Source of the DNA: Dipteris shenzhenensis | Lineage: Eukaryota | DNA length: 64,000 nt | Assembly (NCBI GenBank): GCA_047967505.1 | Contig: CM106538.1 | Strand: one strand, 5' to 3' | Position numbers and translations under genes: made by a program | Shown here: one piece after another, positions 41,601 to 53,600 of the stretch | Layout: every line of letters begins with the position of its first letter | Numbering within the stretch: position 1 is the stretch's first letter | The notes under the pieces: generated by a model | Databases searched by the model: none | Told to the model about the DNA's origin: nothing | The model's input: the letters and a program-made list of their open reading frames with translations, nothing else

Positions 41601-44600
41601 TCCACCTCCCGTTGGTAAGAAAGTCACTTGTGCCAATAACTCGTCATATTCAGTACGTGGCACAGGAGAAGTTGAGCTTACTGCCATTGATGGCTCAGTT
41701 TTCAGACTTTCAGATGTCTTATATGTGCCTGGTATCACCAAGAATCTTCTTTCAGTGTCCACTCTTAACAGAGCTGGATTTCAAGTCATCTTTGAGGATG
41801 ACAAATGTGCTGTCCGAGACAGGGAAAATGATTATGCCTTAAGATTATCTGGTACTCTGCTGCGTGGGCTTTTTCAGCTTGATCTTTTTGAGAAAAGAGC
41901 AGCCCATGCTCTTGCAGTTTCTACCCCTACTACCGCCATGCAGAATGCAGAATTATGGCATGCCCGATATGGCCACATGCATTACAACAGCTTGATGACA
42001 CTTCAAAAGCACTCTATGGTTGATGCATTGCCATCTCTTGAGATACGTCCTCCACATGCCTGTGAAGGGTGCATTTTAGGCAAGATGCATAGATTCCCCT
42101 TCAAAAAGGATGGTTCAGTTAAAGCTGTATGTAAATTACAGCTTATACACAGTGATGTCTGTGGTCCCATGAGGACTCCATCATTGGGTGATCATCTCTA
42201 CTTTGTTACCTTTATTGATGATTACTCCAATTTCACTTGGGTCTTTGGGCTGAAGCGCAAATCAGAAGTGTTCATGGTGTTTAAACACTTTTCAGCCATG
42301 GTTGAAAATGAAACCGGACTCAAGATACAGACATTGCGCACAGATAAAGGTGGGGAATACTTGTCTGCAGATTTTGATGCTTTTCTGAAAGGCAAGGGTA
42401 TTGTGCATCAGCTCACAGTGAGACTGACCCCTCAGCAAAATGGCAAAGCTGAGAGGAAAAATAGAACTCTTATGGAGATGGACAGATGTATCTTGAAAAG
42501 CAAACACATGCCTCACAAATTCTGGCTTGAAGGTCTGATGTGTGCCAACTACATTTTAAATCGGGCTCCCACTAAGGCTAATAACCCAGTCTTTCATGCT
42601 AGAACAAAGCACATTGAGGTGCATTATCACTATGTGCGGGAGAAGGTTTTACTAGGTCTTATTGATCTAGCTTATGTCAGCACAGAGGATCAGGTAGCTG
42701 ACATATTCACGAAGGCATTGGGCGCAGAGAAGTTGCACAAGTTCAGAGACTTGCTTGGTGTGCAAGAATTGGGAGCCTGTGAAGCAGTTGGCATTGCAAA
42801 GCGTCGCTATTGCATTGGCATGGCATCATTTTGAGATAAAGAAGAAAACTCCCTATGAGGTCTGGAATGGGAGAAAGCCTTCAGTGGATTATTTCCGAGT
42901 CTTTGGATGCCTTGCATATGCTCATGTGCCAGTTGAATTTAGGCACAAGTTGTCAGATAAGGCAATTAAGTGCATATTTGTTGGGTACAGTGCAGAAAGC
43001 AAGGGGTACCGTCTCTACAATCTTGCTACACGCAAGATCATTGTCAGTAGAGATGTGATATTTGCAGAAAATTCAGCTCACACTCAGGCTGAATTTCATA
43101 TGCCTTCTTCTTCAGAGGATGTTTTTGAGGGGTTGCTACCCATTGCCTTGGGTTCCCCTGCTGATATTTCTGATGCAAATCAGAATTTACAGCCACCTCC
43201 CGATGCTCGAGTTCAGCCACAAGATGTCTTGCCACCTCCACAGGCAGTGGAACAGGTGGTTCAACAAGAAATTGCAGACATACATGGAGCAAAAACAGTC
43301 CCAAACTGGCTGTTACAGACTCTCAGGGAGAGTAAGATTGATGCTCCATTACCTGGCAGGACTCGCAGTGCAGCAAGGCACATGGAAGGTGCTAATTCAG
43401 TGGAATCAGCATATGCACGTACTCTTCTCGATGAGGAGGAGCCTGCAACATTCGAAGAAGGACAATGTGCATTGGATGAATGCCATGCACGATGAGTTGC
43501 AGTCTATTAAGAAAAATCAGACTTGGGATGTTGTAGACTTGCCACCAGGTAAACATGCCATTTGCACACGATGGGTTTTCAAGGTGAAACGGAAGCCAGA
43601 TGGCTCCATTGATAGATACAAGGCAAGGCTAGTTGCTAAAGGCTATGCTCACAAAAAGGGCATAGATTATGAGGAGACTTTTGCTCCTACATCCTGGATG
43701 ACCACCATCCGATCTGTTATTGCAATGGCTGCACATTTTGAATGGAATGTTCATCAGTTGGACATAAAAACAGCCTTCTTAAATGGAGACTTGCTGGAAG
43801 AGGTTTATGTCAAACAACCTCTAGGCTTTGAAATTACAGCAAATGCACTTCAGGTATGCAAGCTAAACAAAGCTTTGTATGGGCTGAAACAGGCTCCTCG
43901 TGCATGGTATGCCAAGATTCATGCCTTTTTGACCAGCAAGGGGCTGCACAATAGTCCTACTGAGAGCACCCTCTACATCAAGATGGATGGGGGGGAAATT
44001 TTAGTCATCCTTCTTTATGTCGATGACTTACTGCTCACAGGGTCTAATGAAGATAATATTGCAGATTTCAAAGCTGATTTGCTGAAAAGCCAGGAAAATC
44101 TTTTGACACCGAAAAGTTCCAGAGGACTCTGACCAGGGAGCTACTGGAGCATCTTCATCGACGTGTTGGCATTGGGCCGAGATGTGTCGGTGAGAGGGGG
44201 TGTTGGAAAGGTCACCTCCCCATTTGTAAGCCCCCAAATGAGGAGAGCGTGGGGGAGGGAGACCTAGGGCAGAAGATGCCCAGAGAAAAGAGAGGGAGGG
44301 GGACTGCCACATCGGCAGCACCTCACACATAGCAAGAAGGGTACCTTGCAAGTCATGGAGCTCCTGATGTACAGGGCAGACACGTGGACATCAGGGACCT
44401 GCAGCAGCCTGATTGCGCAGGGATTTCCAGCAAGGACAGACGGCGCAGCAGTACAAAAGGGTACGGTATGCATACGTGGCTGTACGGGGCTGGTGAAGGC
44501 CTGGCAGGAGGCAAGGATGCTGCAGCAGGAAGGCGCCTGCATGAAGCAAGATACGGGGCAGATGGCAGAGGCTATGGGCAGGAGTACAGCCTGCAATAGG

Positions 44601-47600
44601 GTCTCCAGCAGCAGCAAAGGGCAGCCTAGCAGCAGGCCAAAAGGGCCTGGCTAGGGGCCTTATATAGGCTGGGCCCTTGCCTAGATTGGAGGGCCAAAAG
44701 CCCTAAAAGTATGGGCCATAAAGGCCTAGTTTTGTGAGCCCTTAAAAGGCTGGACCAGCAGCAGACTGGTCGGCCAGTATGGGGCTGCCTTGTCGGTTTT
44801 CTCAGCAGGCCTTAGGGCCTATAAAAGGAGAGGCTTGTGGCCTCATTTCTTATCCAGCGTAGCCAGCAGTTCCAGGGCAGAAAGGAGCAGCAGGGAGCCT
44901 ACTCTCTGGGCCTATCTACAGAGGTGAGAGAGTGCAACAAGTGCTGCAGACTTAGCCAGGAAGAGGCTGGACCTTGGCTGTCTTCTAGGGCAGCAAGGTG
45001 CTGAGATCATCATCTTCTGGAGCAGCCATTCACAAGCAGGTTGGAGCAGTGGAACAGTTATCTTGGAGCCTACATTCAGGAGGACCAAGGGGACCTGTGT
45101 GCTGCAGACAAAGCTTGGCAGGGGCTGCCCACCTAGGCTGATTCACAGGCAGGAAGGTGGAGAAGAACACACCGGGCTCGAGTCTAGAGATAGCCAGCAG
45201 ATAGGAGAAGGACCTTGTGGTTAGATCAGAGGACCACACCATTGGTGGGACTCTGGATCTATCTCTTTTGTATTGTGTCCATAGTTTTGGACGGAAATAT
45301 ATAAGTTTTGGTGTCTTCTATATCTGGCTGGTTCATTGTCTATTGATGAGTCTGCACATCTATGTGACACACATTAAGTAAAGAAGTTTGTGATTCCACA
45401 TCCCACACTTACACTGTGTGAGCTCCTGGGCATTACTATAAGTCTTCCGCTGCGTGTACCCTCTGTTGGGTATTTTCTAACACTTAGATAATATTACAAT
45501 CACTTCAGTTCAAACTATTTATGACTATCCTCAACTAACCCTTCAACTTTGTTCACCATACTAGGCAATAACAGTGTTGCATAAAGGGAACCTATAATTA
45601 ATGCAGCTTTTGGTGTCTTCTAATCACCAAACATGTACTTACTTCGTTTGATATAAATCTATGGGGTAGGTTTAGATCAGCTCCTCTGACTTCAGAATTG
45701 TCATTCCGCCAAAATAAAGTAATCAGCCTTCCTTGCCTGAATTCTATTTCTCCAGAGGTCATTGTTTAAAAATGATAAATCAAAAAAACGATATAATGAC
45801 TTGTGATAATGCCTTTAATGACATGATTCGGAATAGAATAAAGTTCATTGTCCTATGAATTATTTGAGACCTCTTTGTGCAAAGCAACATTTCTTTTTTT
45901 TCCCCAGAAAATGAAAATTCCATTAATGCTTGAAAACACCATACAAACACTTCCAAAAGGAGCTATCGATGAAAGTACGAAAGAAAAAACAGGTTGCCAG
46001 CTATAGGAAAGCCACCTATTTTTGGATCTCACGGCTCACCGCCTAGAGAGATTTCAAAACATGAGCTAGCAAACAAGATGGTGGTCTATACATTCCGAGA
46101 ATACCCTCGCAGAAAAGGGTGGATTCCTGCCGGCCATGCCTGGCAGAAGCGTTCGCGCCTTTCAGTGGTCGCTCTCGAACCTGGAGTACCGCGCTTCCAA
46201 ATGGCACGCAAAGTGAAGATTATATCGTACCAGATGGATACTAGGGTAGCAGCCAAAGAAACCGGCTGGCCTCCCATAACCTTGTAACCAATATAAACCA
46301 TTCTCCTCGACACCTTGGGCCACCTCCTGTCCATACTTCTTAGATGTGACGGTGACTTCTCCATTTTTGAAGAGTACTAACATCTAATGCTTCTTATCCA
46401 TCTGACTCATGGAGAACAAATTCTTGCAAAGACTTGGAACATACAGCACACTACATATTAACTTTTCTTCTCCTTGTGGTGATGAACGGAATACTACCTA
46501 TACCCTTCACAAGAAATGTTCAGCTCTCACCAGGGCCCCTCGGTACACCTTTGAGTCGAGATGGGTCTGTTAAGCCAGGCAATCTCCAATTCTCCAGGAC
46601 CCGATAAAACAGGTACAAGCACCACTGGTGCCTCTCCAAATCCTGTCAAAGAAACCCCGAATCGGAGGCCAAAAACACAACCAAAGAAATGTCAAAAGCC
46701 TCAGTGCAGAGAAAAAAAAACAAAATAAAAAAATTATTTAAAATGTTTTTCTGGTCTGACCAGATCTGGCCGACCAGATTGACCTGGTCGGTCAACTCTG
46801 ACCAGGTCGGTCAACCTGCAGGTTGACCGACTTTTTCTGCCCCTTCCTATAAAAAGGGGGGGGGGGGGGCTAGGTATTCACATATTATCTCTTCTCCAGC
46901 TCCAGAGGTTTCTGCACACCCTGAGCCACTTCTGCCTCCTGGCTGTCTCCTCTGCTGCCTCAACTTCTTCCTCCTGACTGCCTCCTCTGCTGCCTCAACT
47001 TCTGCCTCCTGGCTGCTCCAGATCTGTCCCCTTTTTCAGCTCCAGATCTGCCCTCTTTTCTGCCCCAGATCTGCCTCTCCTTTCTGCTCAGATCTGTCCT
47101 CCTTTCTGCTCCAGATCTGTCCCCTTTTCAGCTCCAGATCTGCCCTCTTTTCTGCCCCAGATCTGCCCCTCCTTTCTGCTCAGATCTGTCCTCCTTTCTA
47201 CTCCAGATCTGTCCCCTTTTCAGCTCCAGATCTGCCCTCCTTTCTGCTTCAGTTCTGCTCATCTTTCTGCATCAGATTACCTCCAACTTCCGCTCCAAAT
47301 TCCGTTCTTTCTACTCCAAATCTGCAGCAACCCCTTCATCAGTTTGTTGTCTCAGATTTGGTTCAGTTCCAACTTGTGGAGCTAGTGCAGAAGTCCACTA
47401 CAGTTGTCAGGACTGAAGTTTGTTTCAGAGCTTCTCTTCACTTGTACTAAGTTCCGTTTGTGATATATATATCTTCTTCAGCCATTGATTGTCTTCAGTA
47501 TTGTTTTATTTGTCTCCAAGTATTTTTCTTTATATGGTATCAGAGCCAGGTGTGCCAATCGACACCTGAGCCTTGATCTGGAAAGCTTGGAAGATAAATC

Positions 47601-50600
47601 ATCACCTGAAGATGTCTTCTCCCTCTTCTCCGAAGCGATCTCAGCCTGACTCAACCTCTATTCAACCATCACCTTCGACATATGTCGAGAGAGAGTCTGC
47701 TAGGATTGAAGGTGATGAATACCTCTCCAAACTCTTTAAAGAATTTGCTGAATTCCAGAAATGGAAGGAACTTGAAGCAGGTACCCGTACACCTCGTGCC
47801 TCTACCTCTCCACGGTTCTCTCCAATACGTCAACAAGGACCTCTATTCAACTCAGAAGAAGCTGAGCAACATCTCAAGTTCGGTGCCAACGAAGAACAAG
47901 TATCCCCTGACGAAAGAGGACAGGCCGGCATGAGAACATTGGATTATTCGACAGTGCCTATTCCACAAGAATCAGTGCAAGGTATGATGCCCTATTCCCT
48001 TAGTGCAACTCCTTCTGTTATGCAAGGCATAGGAACAAGTAATCACGAGGACACAGATCCATACATGCATGTGAACACTCGCAGACGAGAAGGAAGAAAT
48101 GCGTCTGACAATGAGTTTGCTTTCGGTTCACATCCCTCCCTCCCTCCCTTCCCTCTCATCTCTTCCGCTGCCATCTTTCCTCCAGTGGTTTCTCATCCTC
48201 CTCCTTCTCCCATGCCACTGGATTCCTATAGTTTATTTCCCTCTATCTCTCCCGCTGCCTCTTTTTCACCTCTCATGTCTTATCCCGCCTCTCATCTTCA
48301 TCCCTCCCCCTCAGGACCTTTTTCAAATTCCTTTGTTCCTCCGGTGATGCCACCTCTCCCTTCTTCTCACTCTGCTACTATTCCCAATTCTCTTCTGCCT
48401 CCACCGGTTGCTTCTCCCTATCATCCTATTTCTTCCCCTCACCTTGTCTCTGCAACAGCCAAACATGCTTTCACTGATATGACTCGTTTTAACGGGTCTA
48501 ATTATACCACATGGTCCAATCTTATGCGCCATGTGCTTGATTCTCAAGACCTATGGGAACTCGTTCAAGGTACCGAATCGCCACCTGATCCTCATGTTTA
48601 TCCTCCTCAGGTAGTTCGTTCGTGGCGACATCGTAATGCCACTGCCATTGTTGAAATTATGCAAGGTCTTTTACCTGAATTTCACTCTCAATTACAGCAT
48701 TTTGATCTTGCCTCTGAGCGATGGGCACATCTCACTGACCGCTATGCAGCTCGAGATCGTACTCGTCGTATCAATCTTGACCATGATCTCCAACAATTCC
48801 AGATTCTTGCTGACGATGATCTCAAGGTTAAACTAGCCGATTACCGGCGGTTAGTTGCTGAATTTGCCACAACTGGTCCTCCCAAATCCGAGGATGACCA
48901 AGTTACTTTCTTTTTAAATAAACTTCCGCCCAAGTATTTCAGTTTTATGCAACAAATCATTTCTCAACCTTCTCTTCCTACTTTTTATGAGTTTGAATGT
49001 CAACTTTTGCGTTATGCTCGTCTTTACTCTCAAGTCCACCAAAAACATAGCATTCCTGCTTCAGAGGGGGCTCTTCTCTCCGGGATTCCAAAAGATCAAC
49101 CTAGCTCCGGAAAGCCCTCTCCTACTCCTAACCCCTCTAGTAGTAAACCCGCCTGGCACTCCCTTCCCAAAAAGAATAGATTTTGTCAGCATTGCCAGAG
49201 AGTTGGGCATATTGACGATGAATGTCGCTCCAAAGCCAAAGGCCTTCTTCCTCAGCCTCCCACCATGACTCCTCAACCACCCCGTTGGACTCCTCAGCTC
49301 CCTACCACGACTCCTCAACCACCCCGTTGGACTCCACAGCCCCCTACCACGACTCCTCAGCCACCTCGTTGGCGTCCTAGGGGTGGTCCTCCTCCTCCTC
49401 CTTCGAACACTGGTCTCTGGAGACCCCAGGGCCATGTCACTAATCACTTCACTCCTTCTCCTCCCTTTATAACTCCTGAAGGTCTGTCTGACTGGTCCAC
49501 CGGAGATTCTCTAGACTTCACTTCTCAAGCCTTGATTCATATCACCGAGCTTGACTCCTCCTCTTCCTTATCTGGGTCAGCTTTTCATACTCTTTCATGT
49601 GACTCTAAATCTTCTTGGATTGTGGATAGTGGAGCCACTCATCATATGACCCCTCATTCTGATCTCTTCATTTCTCGCCAACCGGCAACAGGGGGAGTTC
49701 GTTGTGGCAATAACTCTGTTGCTACTATTCATGGTGTTGGTTCAATAACTTTTGATACTGACAAAGGTCCCAAACTTGCTCAATTAGATCAAGTGTTTTA
49801 TGTGCCCCAATTAGGGGTCAATCTTCTTTCTGTTCATCAACTTTGCCTCCTTGGTCGCACAGTGCTCTTTACAAAGATGCATGTTGACATCATAGATGAG
49901 TCCTCGGGACTCCTTCTAGCTCGAGGTGATGCTCAACCTAATGGTCTGTACTTTATAAATCAATTTCTTGCGACTCCCTCCCCTTGCGGTTCTGAGTTTC
50001 ACCGGCTTTATGGTAATGCTACCCTAAAAGATCCAACTGACACAGAACGATTATGGCATTATCGTCTGGGACATTTGTCCTATGACTCTTTATATGAAAT
50101 GTCTCGGGATCATCTAGTTGATGGCCTACCTAAATTATCGCGCGCTAAAGATATTTGTCATCCCTGTCAATTAGGTAAACAAAGCCGCACTCCTTTTCCT
50201 TCTCATTCCACTTCTCGAGCCAGTGAGATTTTGCGTCTAATTCATCTCGATATTAGTGGCAAATCTCCTGTTCCTTCCCTCAATGGTTCACATTATTTCT
50301 TTTTAATTGTGGATGATTACTCTCGCTATCAATGGGTGTTTTTCATGAAAGAAAAATCCGACACTTTTTCTTTTTTTGCTACTTGGGCTCGCTTGGTTAT
50401 GAACCAAACAGGCAAGTCTATTGGGATTGCTCGTAGTGATAATGGTGGTGAATTCATTTCCCATGAATTCACTCAATTCCTTCAAGAGCATGGTATCCAA
50501 CGCCATCTTACATCTCCAAATTCGCCTTCCCAAAATGCTCGTGTCGAACGGCGACAACGTACTGTCATGAACATGGCCCGTTCCATGCTTTTTGCAGCCG

Positions 50601-53600
50601 AGTTGCCTGAACGTCTCTGGCCCGAAGCCGTCAATACTTCTGTCTATATCCTTAATCGCTGTCCTACTCAACCCATCCTGAACATGACGCCTTTTGAGGC
50701 CTTTTATGGCTATCGTCCTTCTATTGCTCATCTTCGAATCTTTGGTTGCCGCGCGTACACTCATACTCCCAATGATACTCGCGGTAAACTCGAACCTCGT
50801 GCTGAACTTTTTCTTCTAGTTGGCTACTCGGCAGAAGCCAAAGCTTATCGATTATTTGATCCTCGTACAAACAAAGTTTTGGTTCGCCGAGATGTGGTCT
50901 TCGATGAAAGAGCAGTGCTTAAAAATTCCTCTATTCTCTCTACTAATGACGTCTCCACTCCAGTTCCTTCCGACAATTCTCCACCCGAAATTCCTTCCTC
51001 TCCTCTCGAAACATCTCTCCCCCCACCCATTGTTTCTCCTCACGACCCACTGCCACGCTGGTATCGTCAAACTATGAAGGATTCCGGGATTATTCCTGTC
51101 GAACTTCCTCCTTCTGGTCCGCGCCGCTCTACTCGAATAACTTCTTCTCCTGCCACTGCCTCTTTTTTTACCACGGCCTATATCATACATTCTGAACCTG
51201 CCACTTGGCAGGAAGCACTTAAAAATCCTGCGTGGCATCGTGCTATGGAACAGGAGCTTGAAAGTATTGATCGCAATCAGACCTGGATCTTGGTAAATCG
51301 ACCCACTCACAAAAAGGTCATCGGAACCAAGTGGATCTTCCGAACAAAACTCAAAGCCGATGGCACCCTGGACAAATACAAAGCCCGCTTAGTAGTGCAA
51401 GGATTCCGCCAAAAACATGGTATCGATTATGAGGAAACCTTTGCCCCTACTGCTCGGTTAACTTCCTTTCGTCTTCTTCTTGCCTTAGCTGCTCATCACC
51501 ACTGGACTATCTATCAAATGGATGTCAAGAGTGCCTTTCTTAATGGCTACCTTGATGAAGAAGTCTATGTGACTCCCCCACCAGGTTTTTCTCCTCCTGG
51601 CCATGAAAATAAGGTTTTCCGTCTCCGCAAAGCTCTTTATGGTCTCAAACAAGCACCTCGCTCATGGTTCCACCGAATAGACACCTTCCTCAAAACTAAT
51701 GGTTTTCATTCTACTCCCTTTGATCCAAATTTATATATCCATCATTCGTCAGAGGGGGTCTGCTTTATTTTACTCTATGTCGATGATCTTTTGCTTTTAG
51801 GCTCCACTCCCACTACACTTCAGTACATTAAAACTCAACTCAGCATCACTTTTGAAATGACTGATCTTGGTCGGCTCTCTTATTTTTTAGGCATGGAAGT
51901 TGTACAACATTCTGGTGGTATTTTTGTTTCTCAACAGAAATATGCTCTTCAACTCCTTGATCAAATCATTCCTCATGAGCCTAAGCTGGCTGCCACTCCC
52001 TTAGATCCCACCGTAAAGCTCTCAAAAGACTTGGAGTCTCCTCCCTTTGATGAACATCTCTATCGCCAGGTTGTTGGCAAACTCCTCTGGCTCCTTCACA
52101 CTCGTCCTGATCTTGCTTACTCCGTCTCTATTCTCAGTCAATATTTTAATGAACCCAAGCTCACTCATTGGCATGCATGTATTCGTATCTTGCGGTTCAT
52201 TCGTGGTACTTACTCTTATGGTTTACATTTCAGACCAGGACTAACCCTACAGGGATACACTGATTCTGACTGGGCTGGTGACCCGGACAATCGTCGTTCT
52301 CATGGCGGCTATATTTTCTCGTTTGGCTCGGCACCTGTTTCTTGGTCTAGCCGTAAACAAGAGACTGTTGCTGGTTCTTCTACTGAGGCTGAATACCGGG
52401 CCTTGTATGATTGTACCACAGAGGCCATATATCTCCGACACTTTTTGGCAGAATTGCACTTTCCTTGTACTGAACCCACGATCCTCTACGTCGACAACAA
52501 AAGTGCCATTGCTCTCGCAGGCAATCCCATTTTTTCCAACCGCACCAAACATGTTGGTGTTCACTTTCATTTTACTCGCGAGCAAGTGGAACTAGGTACT
52601 ATTCGGTTGATCTATGTTCCAGCTGCCGATAATCATGCTGATATTCTTACCAAGCCGGTTAATCGCCCTACTCTTGAGCATCTCTGCCCACGGTTGGGGA
52701 TTGGTTTACCTCCTCCTCTTTAACAGTTTTTTTTCTCTTTGTGTACTTAAGGAAGTGAACAAATCCCCTGCGAGGGCACTCCTTCAAGTCTTTCTTTTTT
52801 TGTACCATCATCTGGGCATTTAGTGAAGATGAAAACCTACTCTGTAGGCATCTCCATCTAAATGAAAACCCCCAAAAAAAAAAAAAAAAAAAAAAAAGGC
52901 TGTTGAAGATGATAGATCACTCATGGAACACCTCTTTGCTTCTCCTGTCTGCATTGGACATTGAGAGGGGGTGTTAAGCCAGGCAATCTCCAATTCTCCA
53001 GGACCCGATAAAACAGGTACAAGCACCACTGGTGCCTCTCCAAATCCTGTCAAAGAAACCCCGAATCGGAGGCCAAAAACACAACCAAAGAAATGTCAAA
53101 AGCCTCAGTGCAGAGAAAAAAAAACAAAATAAAAAAATTATTTAAAAATGTTTTTCTGGTCTGACCAGATCTGGCCGACCAGATTGACCTGGTCGGTCAA
53201 CTCTGACCAGGTCGGTCAACCTGCAGGTTGACCGACTTTTTCTGCCCCTTCCTATAAAAAGGGGGGGGGGGCTAGGTATTCACATATTATCTCTTCTCCA
53301 GCTCCAGAGGTTTCTGCACACCCTGAGCCACTTCTGCCTCCTGGCTGTCTCCTCTGCTGCCTCAACTTCTTCCTCCTGACTGCCTCCTCTGCTGCCTCAA
53401 CTTCTGCCTCCTGGCTGCTCCAGATCTGTCCCCTTTTTCAGCTCCAGATCTGCCCTCTTTTCTGCCCCAGATCTGCCTCTCCTTTCTGCTCAGATCTGTC
53501 CTCCTTTCTGCTCCAGATCTGTCCCCTTTTCAGCTCCAGATCTGCCTTCTTTTCTGCCCCAGATCTGCCCCTCCTTTCTGCTCAGATCTGTCCTCCTTTC

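Larger units (their letters stand above)
38555..44090 (+). mobile_element. 3'-truncated Ty1/copia D inside the second internal unit of C
   Basis: LTR 38555-38776; PBS 38779-38790; CGTAC-rich leader; gag from 39899 with [14 protein letters not shown] knuckle; [26 protein letters not shown]; fuses to C internal sequence at the shared tgaaaagc. Confidence 0.92.
34374..45482 (+). mobile_element. Non-autonomous three-LTR tandem element C (LTR-int-LTR-int-LTR) with nested insertions
   Basis: LTRs 34374-35536, 36103-38197 (interrupted) and 44201-45482; iMet PBS after LTR1 and LTR2; PPT gagaggggg before LTR2 and LTR3; ~565-bp internal unit with no recognisable domains; TSD cttag at 34369-34373 and 45483-45487. 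Confidence 0.92.

Noticed and set aside
45990-46290. LINE 3' fragment next to the copia E remnant
   Set aside because: Only a weak resemblance; no tail or TSD identified
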